The notes below the pieces were generated by a model, which did not search any database, was not told where the DNA came from, and saw only the letters and a list, made by a program, of their open reading frames with translations. Of a stretch of DNA of 64,000 nt, positions 28,392-37,867 are shown in pieces. The position numbers and the translations under genes were made by a program. Position 1 is the first letter of the stretch. Each line of letters begins with the position of its first letter. Origin of the DNA: an uncultured virus (IMG/VR IMGVR_UViG_3300013306_000014) (lineage: Duplodnaviria; Heunggongvirae; Uroviricota; Caudoviricetes); IMG/VR virus record IMGVR_UViG_3300013306_000014; one strand, written 5' to 3'.

Positions 28392-28733
28392 CGGTGAAAT
28401 CCTCGAAAAACAATTAAGAGCAGTTGCCTACATTTCATTAGGGCTTTTTAAGTAAAGAGCATAAAAGGATTTTCACTCGGATAGGCAGTAGGCCTATCCT
28501 GTTTACACGCCCTATAAATATCATTAGGACTTTTTGTTAATTTTTAATTCCCTAGAGCGAGTTCCTCGCTATAAAGATACTCCTACTCGATATCGTTACA
28601 CTCATCTCGCTACGGAGTCTAGTCTATCCCTATCACCACCAACCCGGTGTTTACTTCGTAAACACCACCCTTCCTCCTCTTTCCCAAGCTGAGTGAAGTG
28701 TGATGCATAAGAGAAGTGTCGAAGTTATTTCTT
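28392..28733. other. structured non-coding region (candidate origin or ncRNA)
   Basis: No credible ORF; AT-rich tract; inverted repeats at 28479-28499, 28556-28570 and 28646-28666. Confidence 0.45.
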
Positions 28734-28778
28734 ACAAAAAAAAAGAATGGAGCAACCTCCCCGAAGGGAGGCTACTCA
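28734..28778 (-). terminator. intrinsic terminator of the accessory operon
   Basis: CCTCCC/GGGAGG stem plus TTCTTTTTTTTTGT. Confidence 0.8.
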
Positions 28779-28780
28779 AT

Positions 28781-29020
28781 TTATTTACTCAGAGCTTCTT
28801 TCAGCGCTACGATCTCACGAGTGATGACTGGACCAGCATTCGCATAATCGAGAATGCTGAGTACCGATTCTTCAATCAGAGCTTCAGGACTATGCATCCA
28901 TTCGGTATAAAGAACGTTGATTGCTTTAGTGGACAACACCACATTGTGCTGTTTAGCCAACTCTACGAACTTAGCACGATGGGCAGCCATCTCCTCCTTC
29001 TCGAATGAAGGCATAGCCAT
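28781..29020 (-). CDS. hypothetical protein
   Basis: 79 aa, TAATG coupling. Confidence 0.7.
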   Translation of the reverse strand: MAMPSFEKEEMAAHRAKFVELAKQHNVVLSTKAINVLYTEWMHSPEALIEESVLSILDYANAGPVITREIVALKEALSK

Positions 29021-29715
29021 TATTCAGACTCCTTAACTTCTGGCATAGCCTTGATGTGGACACGACCACCAACGTAGTGCCAGTCGTGCTTACGACCAGT
29101 TACCTTGGTTTGTTCGATACACCAGGCTTCCGCCTCGTCTTTGGTCATGTCGTGGAAACCAAGGCTAACGCCGTGTTTGTAAACATCGTCAGCGCAGCGG
29201 GCTGGATCAGCAGGAGTATCCTTCGTCAGGAACTTCTCGACACCCTCGACGTACTGCTCCATCGTCTTTGGCGCAGCATCAGGATCGATGACTGCGTCGC
29301 TATGAATCTTACGCATGCGCGTGATTTCAGATTCAGGAGCTTTAAGCACCAGTTCGTGATTTGGCAGCAGGCGTACAAGACGTTCCGCCAACTTGAGGAT
29401 GTCGGCCTCGTCGTAGATAGCGATCAGGGAATCGTCATCTTCGTAGAGACCGTCACGGCCAGAGTAGTCGAAATCCATCGGCAGATGTGGAGCGTTAGGA
29501 TCATCCTTCAGCTGCTCCGCTATGTCTAACTTCAGGTACATGTCCTCCGAGCCTTCGTTCATGATGTTGTCAGGTCGGATCGGATCGGTAACCCAATCGT
29601 TGTTGCCGCAGTTTTCGAGTTTGATTTCAAACCCTTCGAAGATCATCGGAGAGTATTTCGAGAACAGTACTTCACCTTCCAACAGTTTGAATGCACGGCG
29701 GGTAATCAGTTTCAT
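29020..29715 (-). CDS. hypothetical protein
   Basis: 231 aa, ATGA coupling. Confidence 0.8.
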   Translation of the reverse strand: MKLITRRAFKLLEGEVLFSKYSPMIFEGFEIKLENCGNNDWVTDPIRPDNIMNEGSEDMYLKLDIAEQLKDDPNAPHLPMDFDYSGRDGLYEDDDSLIAIYDEADILKLAERLVRLLPNHELVLKAPESEITRMRKIHSDAVIDPDAAPKTMEQYVEGVEKFLTKDTPADPARCADDVYKHGVSLGFHDMTKDEAEAWCIEQTKVTGRKHDWHYVGGRVHIKAMPEVKESE

Positions 29716-31205
29716 GCGTTTGTTCCTTCAAGTTTAGTGACGTGATATTCTTTATCGACTTTACCGAGAACACCTTTGTTCACGATAGTAGCCTTGATCC
29801 AGATAGGACCGTGTTTGCCAGGCCACCAGTGACCTTTACGTTTGTGTTCACGAGGAGAGGCGTGAGTACCACCTTTCCAATCAGTACGTTTACCACGACG
29901 ACCTTGTACCAGACTAACCACGTTGTAGCAGTTGCCAGGCTTAGGTGGTGGAACATCTTGCTCAGGGGCGGTAATAACAGTTTCGATCTCAACTTCACTA
30001 AGCTGTTCGCCAGCGATGAAGGCAAGAACAGAAGACACCATACCCAAACGCTTATCCAGACTGCGTGTAGTGCTGCCCCAACGAACCTTAACCTTATCGC
30101 CTTGAAGACGCGCGTACAGCGTTGCAGTGGCGTGCCAAGGGATATCCTTCTTGGTCTCAGATAGAAGCTTCAGAGTGATTACATCCTCGTCTTCCTGAGT
30201 AGCCAGAACAACAGCCTTCAGTTCATCACCCAATACAAACAGGCAGGAATCGTAAGGCAGGCGCAGACCATCGAACTTGGTATCTGGATTGAACTCGAAG
30301 CCTTTGAGGTCCTTGATGATGAACCGTTCAGGCATTTCCAGATCACCGGTGGTGAAGTCCAGAATAGGCGGTGGAGGTGGTGGCTCTTCCGGTTCAACAG
30401 ATTTAGGCTCTTCAAGCGGAGTCAGCAGCTTGGCTTGGAATTCGCGCAGACGAATAACCCGACCTTCCCAACCAACCTCCTTGACCGACAGGATGTTGTT
30501 GATGTGGTCCTCGATTGCATTTACATGGAACTCTACCGAAGAGTACCGGCGATTGACCAGGGCGTCATCCATCAGATCGTTGCGAACCGGACGTCGGTTA
30601 GGATCTTCAGGACTACCTAGTTCGTAACTGTTGATGTGGTTCCAGTATTCCTTGCGCCGCATCCGATCAAGCTGATCGGCATTGTAAGCAACTACCTGTT
30701 CAGCCTCAACGCGCGTCATCCCTTGTTCCATCAACTTCAGGACACGTTGCTCAACCGCTTCAGCCTTAGCCAACATCTTACGGTTGAAGTATTCGCTCTC
30801 GTCAAGAGGATTACTTTCCATGATCAGAGCTTTGGCAGCTTCTGCTGTCTCGAGAACAGTGGCGGTTTGCAGCTCAGACATAAAGCGCGAGTAATCAGCC
30901 AAGGCGTCTGGAGTGAGGTTGATGGTGGAGTTGATGTCGGTAGGGTAACCTCGTGTAAAGAGAACCTGCTCTACCTGTTCAGGCTTCACTAACCCATCGT
31001 CTATCAGACTGCTCAATGCGTTACCGTCGAAGTCGGCATTAGAGCCGAGTAGGACGAGAGGATTGATAGGACCTGCACCAGTGCTTTCGTATTTAGCTTT
31101 GTTGATGTAATACTTGCGGACTTCAGATTCGCCAAAGGTGCGGGTTGGGATTTCACGTTCGGTTGTTTGTTGTTTCAAAGCGATAACTTCTTCGCGGATA
31201 GTCAT
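29712..31205 (-). CDS. modular hypothetical protein with NADFDGN motif, poly-Pro linker and C-terminal SPREHKRKGHW motif
   Basis: 497 aa ORF; motifs read from the translation. Confidence 0.8.
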   Translation of the reverse strand: MTIREEVIALKQQTTEREIPTRTFGESEVRKYYINKAKYESTGAGPINPLVLLGSNADFDGNALSSLIDDGLVKPEQVEQVLFTRGYPTDINSTINLTPDALADYSRFMSELQTATVLETAEAAKALIMESNPLDESEYFNRKMLAKAEAVEQRVLKLMEQGMTRVEAEQVVAYNADQLDRMRRKEYWNHINSYELGSPEDPNRRPVRNDLMDDALVNRRYSSVEFHVNAIEDHINNILSVKEVGWEGRVIRLREFQAKLLTPLEEPKSVEPEEPPPPPPILDFTTGDLEMPERFIIKDLKGFEFNPDTKFDGLRLPYDSCLFVLGDELKAVVLATQEDEDVITLKLLSETKKDIPWHATATLYARLQGDKVKVRWGSTTRSLDKRLGMVSSVLAFIAGEQLSEVEIETVITAPEQDVPPPKPGNCYNVVSLVQGRRGKRTDWKGGTHASPREHKRKGHWWPGKHGPIWIKATIVNKGVLGKVDKEYHVTKLEGTNA

Positions 31206-31225
31206 GGGACTTAACTCTTATCGGT

Positions 31226-31591
31226 TTAGATTTCTTCGATCTTATTCAGATCTTTGTCTGTGAAGAGATTAGGGAAATCGAAATCCAACAGACGCTGGAT
31301 ATCGTGACGCCACATGACGATACCACCTATGTCGTCTTGATCCATACCCTCGAACAGTTTGTCGGCTTTAGCCTGATCCCAATTGACGCCTTGGAATTCA
31401 AACTTGTGATTTACCCATACGCCGCACCGGCCTGCCCGCCCATGTCGCGAACGCAGTTCGTCTTTGATGTAGTTTGGGAGACCATCAGGGAACGCTGTGG
31501 AATCTTCATCATCGTGATGATGTTTCGCATAACGAGCAAAGATCTCTTTTACTTGCTCGCCAGTAATCCACCAAATAATCAATTCACCCAT
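31226..31591 (-). CDS. hypothetical protein
   Basis: 121 aa, SD TAAGGA. Confidence 0.75.
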   Translation of the reverse strand: MGELIIWWITGEQVKEIFARYAKHHHDDEDSTAFPDGLPNYIKDELRSRHGRAGRCGVWVNHKFEFQGVNWDQAKADKLFEGMDQDDIGGIVMWRHDIQRLLDFDFPNLFTDKDLNKIEEI

Positions 31592-31603
31592 GATAGGTAT
31601 TCC

Positions 31604-32335
31604 TTAAAGTTGGGCGTAGTTGCCGATGCTTGGACGTGGGTTGCGTAAGTTTTCGATATTCTCATCAGGAGCGGATGAAACTTTGGCATGATACCAAGAC
31701 TCGTAACCCATCGCCTTAGCAAGGAGTCTGTACGAATCACCTAAGGTCAACTGACCAGACGACAGGATCTGCATATCCCGCGCACACTCTTTCAAGGTCT
31801 TACGACACTGGTTGTAGTGGAATGCCACCTTAACCATGTAATCGACAGGAGTGTAGAACGTGATAGGCTGTTCGTCATAGCCGCGATCTAGGAACAGGGA
31901 CCAGAAGTCGATGACCTTAACCTTTACGTCGATTGGAGCAATGGAGTCTGGCTCGAAGATTTGTTTCCGACCAGTCATCCCGTGACGCCAAACGCTCGGG
32001 TAGTAATACGTTCTCGACTTGAACTTCAGCTTTACAGCCTTGGAACGAAGTTGAGCCCTATCCCGATAACCCAGTGCCTGCGAAAGGATCTCATCGACCA
32101 GTTCTTCAGGCACATGACCACCCAACAATGAAACAAGGCGCTTACTACATTCTTCGAACTGCGCCGAGTGGACACCATTGCCATAAGCCAAAGTGAAGAT
32201 AGTACCGATAACGGTCTTCTCATCCAGATAGCCAGTAGGGTCGGTGACAAACTCAATCAGCTGGTTCTTCTTCAGGAACTCACTGAACTTAGGGCCCAAT
32301 TCTTCGATAACGTGCAGCGCTGTAATTGTGAACAT
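31604..32335 (-). CDS. hypothetical protein with internally repeated motif
   Basis: Start MFTITAL (SD GAGGA); ILSQALGYRDR and LLAKAMGYESW repeats. Confidence 0.7.
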   Translation of the reverse strand: MFTITALHVIEELGPKFSEFLKKNQLIEFVTDPTGYLDEKTVIGTIFTLAYGNGVHSAQFEECSKRLVSLLGGHVPEELVDEILSQALGYRDRAQLRSKAVKLKFKSRTYYYPSVWRHGMTGRKQIFEPDSIAPIDVKVKVIDFWSLFLDRGYDEQPITFYTPVDYMVKVAFHYNQCRKTLKECARDMQILSSGQLTLGDSYRLLAKAMGYESWYHAKVSSAPDENIENLRNPRPSIGNYAQL

Positions 32336-32345
32336 CGTGACTTCC

Positions 32346-32897
32346 TCAGCCGTTGTAATGTTTAGAGATCCAGTTGAAGCGGTGCTCGTTGAACTCCTTG
32401 AGGTGTTCACCGCAGAAGCGGAACAGCTTGTGCTCGCCGACCGGATCGATCCGGCGGGAAACCTTGAACTGCTCCCGTGCTACTTTGACGCAGCAATGGC
32501 AACGAACGTTACGCTCCATCTCGAATGAACTGTCGTCAGCAGCTTCGAACATCGTGTCTTCAACTTCCTGATCGACAATGTAGCCTGTATCGCCGATACC
32601 GCCATGGCCGGAAAGAACCCAGCGACCCGCGGCCACTTCGAGAGCCAGATGATCGACTTGACCGCAGTAGATCTTGGCCAGACGATGCAGCAGTTCAGGA
32701 TGGTAGTCGTGATCAATCCACAAGCCATCGTTACCAGACGCTTCCATCACGATGTCGCCTGGAATTGTCTCTACGATGTCACCGGGGAATACCACGTAGA
32801 TGTTGTACCACTTCTCGTAGTTTTCGAGAGTGATGATTGGAACATCAGAAGAGATGTAGAGGAATAGCGGTTTATCACGATCAGATCGTAAAGGCAT
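32346..32897 (-). CDS. hypothetical protein, C-terminal Cys/His cluster
   Basis: 183 aa, SD GGAG, CHCC...CGEH. Confidence 0.75.
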   Translation of the reverse strand: MPLRSDRDKPLFLYISSDVPIITLENYEKWYNIYVVFPGDIVETIPGDIVMEASGNDGLWIDHDYHPELLHRLAKIYCGQVDHLALEVAAGRWVLSGHGGIGDTGYIVDQEVEDTMFEAADDSSFEMERNVRCHCCVKVAREQFKVSRRIDPVGEHKLFRFCGEHLKEFNEHRFNWISKHYNG

Positions 32898-32915
32898 GAG
32901 AAACTCCAGCGTTGG

Positions 32916-32963
32916 ACAAAGAAAAAAGAGCCCGGCATCCCAAGGGAACAGAAAAGATGCCGG
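32916..32963 (-). terminator. intrinsic terminator
   Basis: CCGGCATC/GATGCCGG stem plus T-tract. Confidence 0.7.
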
Positions 32964-32980
32964 ACTAAAGGGGACTCAGT

Positions 32981-33772
32981 TTAAACCTTCCAGACGAAAG
33001 GCCCATCAGGGTGTACGATGACAGTCAGTTCATTACGGTAAGTCACGTAGTTCACGGTGAAGCCTTCCTTGCGGAGACGGCGCGCCAGTTCTACGTTGAT
33101 ACCTTCGTTGAACCAGAGATTGCGTTTCAATGCAACCATCATGCTACGGAAGCACGGCGAGGCACATTCCTTGTCGAGCTCTTTGGTCGGGATGTTCTTG
33201 AAGATGTGCAGGTATTCGATGATGCCGTCGGTTTGGTTCCAGATGATAGGTTCATCCAGAGGTTTGATTTCAGCGATCGACTGCATGTACGTACGTGGGG
33301 TGCTGAGCCCCATTTCGGTTTCGATTGGAGCTGGAGCAACTTCGACAGGGATTTCTGATTCAGGCCAGATGTCGGCGGCAGACAGGACGTAACGCAGCTT
33401 GGCGTCTTTGTCAACCACTTCATCAACTGGGATAGAGTCGAGGTCGCCTCGGACCATGTACTTGCTATTAGACAGGTCGACCTTGTTAACGCCTTTGTTA
33501 CGATACAGGCCACCATCGGGATTTGCGCGACCTGGAATGCCGAAGATACTGACCACGTTCTTTTGGCCAGCAGAGTTGGCCATGATCTCCTGGAACTCAG
33601 CCTCGGTGAGGAACATCTTACCGTCATCGACGGTGTAAGCTTTCAGAACTTCAGCTTCTGGTGCGTTACACCAAACGACTGGGAACTCAGCAGCAGTTAC
33701 CAGATGTTCCTGTTGAACGTGAGCGAAAGCGGCTTGCAGAGCGGTTACTGGAGTGGTGTCGGTGGTGATCAT
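32981..33772 (-). CDS. hypothetical protein
   Basis: 263 aa, SD TAAGGA. Confidence 0.8.
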   Translation of the reverse strand: MITTDTTPVTALQAAFAHVQQEHLVTAAEFPVVWCNAPEAEVLKAYTVDDGKMFLTEAEFQEIMANSAGQKNVVSIFGIPGRANPDGGLYRNKGVNKVDLSNSKYMVRGDLDSIPVDEVVDKDAKLRYVLSAADIWPESEIPVEVAPAPIETEMGLSTPRTYMQSIAEIKPLDEPIIWNQTDGIIEYLHIFKNIPTKELDKECASPCFRSMMVALKRNLWFNEGINVELARRLRKEGFTVNYVTYRNELTVIVHPDGPFVWKV

Positions 33773-33840
33773 CTTGGAATCCTTAATAAGTTAGAAATCG
33801 TGCTTAGCGGCATAAGCGCCGGGAACACCCCGGCAAGTCC

Positions 33841-34032
33841 TTATGCTTCTGGTGAGTAGTCAGCAAGATGCTTGCTAACGTCACCCTTAGAAGAAATACA
33901 ACGGGGACAGACATTCGGTACAACCGAACTGATCCCGCCGATGTTTAACGTTGTGGTGAACAACGTATCGGATTGCTGCCCACACTGAGAGCAAACCGGT
34001 TGGAGCTTTGCAGGTTCTTGCTGAGACATCAT
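33841..34032 (-). CDS. small zinc-ribbon protein
   Basis: CSQC...CPRC; TAATG coupling to the upstream ORF. Confidence 0.65.
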   Translation of the reverse strand: MMSQQEPAKLQPVCSQCGQQSDTLFTTTLNIGGISSVVPNVCPRCISSKGDVSKHLADYSPEA

Positions 34033-34211
34033 TAAGACCCTTTGTTGTCTTCCTTCCAATCATCGTAATGATCATCACAGAAAACGTGGTACGAAGTTTT
34101 ACCTGGAGCTGTTTGATACGGAATCTTTACGCTTCCCCGTCGACCGCAATCGCAGTCAAGATCATCACCGGAACGCAGAAAGATCGGCTTATTAGTTGCT
34201 TGGTTGCTCAT
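34032..34211 (-). CDS. small Cys/His protein (59 aa, below the ORF-track cutoff)
   Basis: SD AGGAGGT; MSNQATNK..CDC..FCDDHY..KGS; first gene after the promoter motif. Confidence 0.7.
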   Translation of the reverse strand: MSNQATNKPIFLRSGDDLDCDCGRRGSVKIPYQTAPGKTSYHVFCDDHYDDWKEDNKGS

Positions 34212-34255
34212 TGCTCTGACCTCCTACGGTCGGTTAGTGTTGTTATATCTAGTTC

Positions 34256-34278
34256 ACAATGTAGGACTATAATAATTT
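34256..34278 (-). promoter_or_regulatory. putative early promoter variant
   Basis: AAA-N12-TACATTGT heading the accessory operon. Confidence 0.55.
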
Positions 34279-34326
34279 GCGTTAGGTATCCTGTGACTAA
34301 AGAACCCTAACAGGGTGGGGACTTCG

Positions 34327-35583
34327 ATGATTCAAGATTCTCTCAGACCATCCACAGCGCCGGGTCGCAACATCAAAGAAGTGTTTGAGCAACATTGCTC
34401 CCACCTTGTCTTTGATAAGACGCTTCTCCGGAAGGTGATGGATTACGAACAGCGGTTCGTAAACAAGAATGACGTACACATCAGATTCTTCGGTGGGAAC
34501 TTGATGGGCGTTGATCCGGTTCGATTCAAAGATGAAGACCGGAACAAGTGGTTCGATGAAGTGATGGACGTGGACGAGGATTCCCTCGAGGATGATCTAC
34601 ACGCTCTTCCCGAAGTGGTAACTCACCGGCACGTATCCAGCGACGTCATGAACTTGGCCTGTCTCTGGATGATCCATAAATTTCTGACGGCAGATAAACT
34701 CAATGAAGGCGATCGGCACTCTGGCGCTATGGCTTGCGCTCTCGTTCTCCAGTACAAGTATATCACATCTATTCTCGCTAATTGGTTTACCTGGGACGCC
34801 GATCCCATCGTCGCCCAAGCGACCTACGCTCAGCTATCAAAACGGTTTGGTCTTAAGGTAGCGGGTAGTTGGGGTGAGTTGCTTAAACAGCGTGCTGCGG
34901 ATATCGTGAGTCCGGGTACTCTGTGGTACAACCACCTGGTCAAGTTCGATAAGGACATCGACAAGATCGCCAACGATACCCAAGGCCGTATCAAAGACAT
35001 CCTGAAGAACATCCGTGACGTCTTCGAAACCGTGCTGCACGATCCAACTCTTCAGATCCGTAACTCGGATGCACAGATCGAACTCGACGGTGAGCTCAAG
35101 ATCCGTGACAAGACTCGGTTGTATTCGAGCTATATCCGCTACCTGTTGGAGATCATTAGCGATAAGAACAACTTCATCATCCCGGAGTTGGTCGAGGTTA
35201 TCGTTAAGACAGTCCCTACGATGCCTAAGAGCGCGTTGGTGAACACACTGTCGTACATGTCCAACAATGCCTCTCCTCGAGCTGACAAGCGCGTACAGCG
35301 GATCTGTGAGATTACGCTGCAACATGCGTTCGACTACTTGAACAAGAATCCATCGACCATGGTCTCCAGTTCTGACATCCCAGGACTGCTGCGTAAGATG
35401 CGCTCGTTGTATCAAGCGTCTCGTACGAACAACCCGATGATTCTGGAGATGCGGGAGTTGACTGAAGAGATTACGACTATTGCGATCAAGTCCAAGAACA
35501 AGGTTTTGATCTCATCAGTACGTAACGCCGTACTTCTTTACATTCTTCTGCGTGCCTTCACAAAGCACCACAACGAGAAGTAA
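34327..35583 (+). CDS. virion structural protein (phiKZ gp32-like)
   Basis: FFGGNLMGV segment; next to terminase. Confidence 0.7.
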   Translation: MIQDSLRPSTAPGRNIKEVFEQHCSHLVFDKTLLRKVMDYEQRFVNKNDVHIRFFGGNLMGVDPVRFKDEDRNKWFDEVMDVDEDSLEDDLHALPEVVTHRHVSSDVMNLACLWMIHKFLTADKLNEGDRHSGAMACALVLQYKYITSILANWFTWDADPIVAQATYAQLSKRFGLKVAGSWGELLKQRAADIVSPGTLWYNHLVKFDKDIDKIANDTQGRIKDILKNIRDVFETVLHDPTLQIRNSDAQIELDGELKIRDKTRLYSSYIRYLLEIISDKNNFIIPELVEVIVKTVPTMPKSALVNTLSYMSNNASPRADKRVQRICEITLQHAFDYLNKNPSTMVSSSDIPGLLRKMRSLYQASRTNNPMILEMRELTEEITTIAIKSKNKVLISSVRNAVLLYILLRAFTKHHNEK

Positions 35584-35588
35584 GCGAA

Positions 35589-35619
35589 CATAAGGCCCGG
35601 CGTGAGCCGGGCTTTATGC
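35589..35619. terminator. bidirectional terminator, TTATG on both sides
   Basis: GCCCGGC/GCCGGGC stem between convergent late genes. Confidence 0.85.
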
Positions 35620-35621
35620 TG

Positions 35622-37808
35622 TTAACGACGATTGAAGCCTGGACGGAAAGGCATGTTGCGAGCGGCTGCGAACAGACCATCTCGGTTCATCCCACGAGCA
35701 GCAGTTGTTTGAATGTTCTTCTCACTAACAGCAACCCGGTCAACCGAAACTACATCGGACTCTTCCTCACCCATAGCCTCAGACATCAGAGACTTGAGTT
35801 TGGCTTCCAAGTAACGACGCTCGATCAGAGTAGCCGCACCTTCGATACGTGCTTCAAGGATCTCCACATCAACCGCATGCTTCTCACGTTTACGGTTCTT
35901 GGCAACGACCTTAGGATCATTACCGGCAGTAACAGAACGTACACGGGACAAGACTTTACGCGGATCGATTCCGTAGTGATCCAAGTTACGAGCGAAACGA
36001 AGGAACCAGTTAGCCATGAGCCACGAGATTACATGGTCATCGTGTCCGGAGGCTTTGTGGTCAACCCGACCGCGACGTTCTACCAGACTGGACAACTCAT
36101 CGATAAGCGCAGGCTCACGGATAAGCTCCGCCTGTTGAACAGTAGCCAACTTCAAGATGTCGATGTACAGATCGCCCCGACTACCGGCAGTGGTCATGAA
36201 ACCAAAGTCGTTACGGAACGGGAAGTACTTACGCTCAGAACCACCACCCGACGTGTAGTCACGGTAGGTACGTTTCTCAGCATCAGAACCGTAAGCGTTG
36301 TCCACGATATCCGAGTAGATACGACGACCCACATCCACACCCAACATCGGGAGACGGCTGTTAAGGATGTCGAACATACCAAGCCACGAGGACTTGTTCT
36401 CAGGGATCAGGGTGAAGTTCGGGAAGTCAGCCATGAACTGAGCCAACCAATAAGCGAAGTAAGACAGACTGATCTCACTCACCATGAACGTCATCAACGT
36501 CTCACCGGTCTCCACATCGATCATCACGCCAGTAATGGCATCTCGGTTAACGGCGTTAGAGGTATCGAGACCCATCACAGCTTTACGAGCTCTTACTTCC
36601 TCAGGAGGAAGCTGGAACTTGATGTGGTACTTGTACTTCTCTTCAACTTGAACGTACGGCGCTTGCGTTGCGTGGTCACGGATCTTGTTGAGGATCTTCT
36701 CAGGAATCGGGTTACTCTCGGAACCGAAAGTCCAACGTCCAAGGAAGTCTCGTTCGATCTGGTCACGAGATGCAGAAACCATCGCGATCTTACCGCGGAG
36801 CCATTCGTTCGTCTTACCGAGCTGCAAGTGGTTAAACGAGATATCAACGAATGGTGCATCACGGGATTCGCACTTACTGTTCGCCATGATCATGTCAATG
36901 GCTTCTGAACGATTGAAAGCATCGAACAGAGATTCACTGAAGAACATGGCCTTCTTCTTGATCTTCTCGTAAACGTACTTACCGGAGTCAGTGGACAAGT
37001 CACCGGCCGTAGTCGTGTAGAGAACACCGTGGAACAGACCTTGAGCTCTCGCCTTATCGAAGGAGTCCGTGGTGGATGCGATCAATGCAGGAAGAGAGAT
37101 TGCTGCGTACGGCAAGAATGGAATCTCGTCGCCGTAGATGAAGCGAGGGGTCTTACCGCGACCCACGTTGTTCGCTTCCTCAGGAGAACCTTGTGGAACG
37201 TACGAGTACGTGATGTTTTTATTCATCATCGTGGTGAATTCGTACTGGTTATCCGTGTCTTTGTCCGCCTTGTACCACATCCACTTCGGAAGAGCGTCCC
37301 GATAAGCCTTGTAGTTCTTGATCTCACCTTTACGCAAGTCACCCTTGGTGAAGAGGATGGAGTCAGAACCTTGAGCTGCAAACATGTGCAACAGGATGAT
37401 GATTGCCCGACTGTTCAGCGATTTACCAGTCTGACGAATCTGCTGTACGTAAGTAACAAAGGCGTTGAAGATACACCAGAACATGGCGATGTTGCCACGG
37501 TTCGCATCCAAGTGGAAATACTGATCACCACCAGCATCCGGGAAACGAATCACCTCACGTAGAGCGTACCAGAAGTTCTCGGAACACTCGAGTAAGATCA
37601 TCTGCTGTTGCGCAGGAGTCAAGTCATCCGAATATGGATCGACCCCCTGCAAGAGAGGGTTATGCAAAGCCAGGTGGAAGTAATAGTTCTTTACTCCCAT
37701 CTTCTGGTACTTTGCTGCCAACTGAACCCACGTCTTACGGCGCGTTTGGGTATCGGCAATCGCGTTGGGATATTTGTTGTCCCAATCGTCCAAATACAAA
37801 AGAGTCAT
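35622..37808 (-). CDS. terL: terminase large subunit (phiKZ gp25-like)
   Basis: Walker A RQTGKS, Walker B IYGDE, nuclease GLDTS and GHDDHV. Confidence 0.93.
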   Translation of the reverse strand: MTLLYLDDWDNKYPNAIADTQTRRKTWVQLAAKYQKMGVKNYYFHLALHNPLLQGVDPYSDDLTPAQQQMILLECSENFWYALREVIRFPDAGGDQYFHLDANRGNIAMFWCIFNAFVTYVQQIRQTGKSLNSRAIIILLHMFAAQGSDSILFTKGDLRKGEIKNYKAYRDALPKWMWYKADKDTDNQYEFTTMMNKNITYSYVPQGSPEEANNVGRGKTPRFIYGDEIPFLPYAAISLPALIASTTDSFDKARAQGLFHGVLYTTTAGDLSTDSGKYVYEKIKKKAMFFSESLFDAFNRSEAIDMIMANSKCESRDAPFVDISFNHLQLGKTNEWLRGKIAMVSASRDQIERDFLGRWTFGSESNPIPEKILNKIRDHATQAPYVQVEEKYKYHIKFQLPPEEVRARKAVMGLDTSNAVNRDAITGVMIDVETGETLMTFMVSEISLSYFAYWLAQFMADFPNFTLIPENKSSWLGMFDILNSRLPMLGVDVGRRIYSDIVDNAYGSDAEKRTYRDYTSGGGSERKYFPFRNDFGFMTTAGSRGDLYIDILKLATVQQAELIREPALIDELSSLVERRGRVDHKASGHDDHVISWLMANWFLRFARNLDHYGIDPRKVLSRVRSVTAGNDPKVVAKNRKREKHAVDVEILEARIEGAATLIERRYLEAKLKSLMSEAMGEEESDVVSVDRVAVSEKNIQTTAARGMNRDGLFAAARNMPFRPGFNRR

Positions 37809-37867
37809 GATTGGTCCTCAATGCGGCATAGTGACCTAGGGAGGTCTCCCTCCCTAGATCGTATCCC

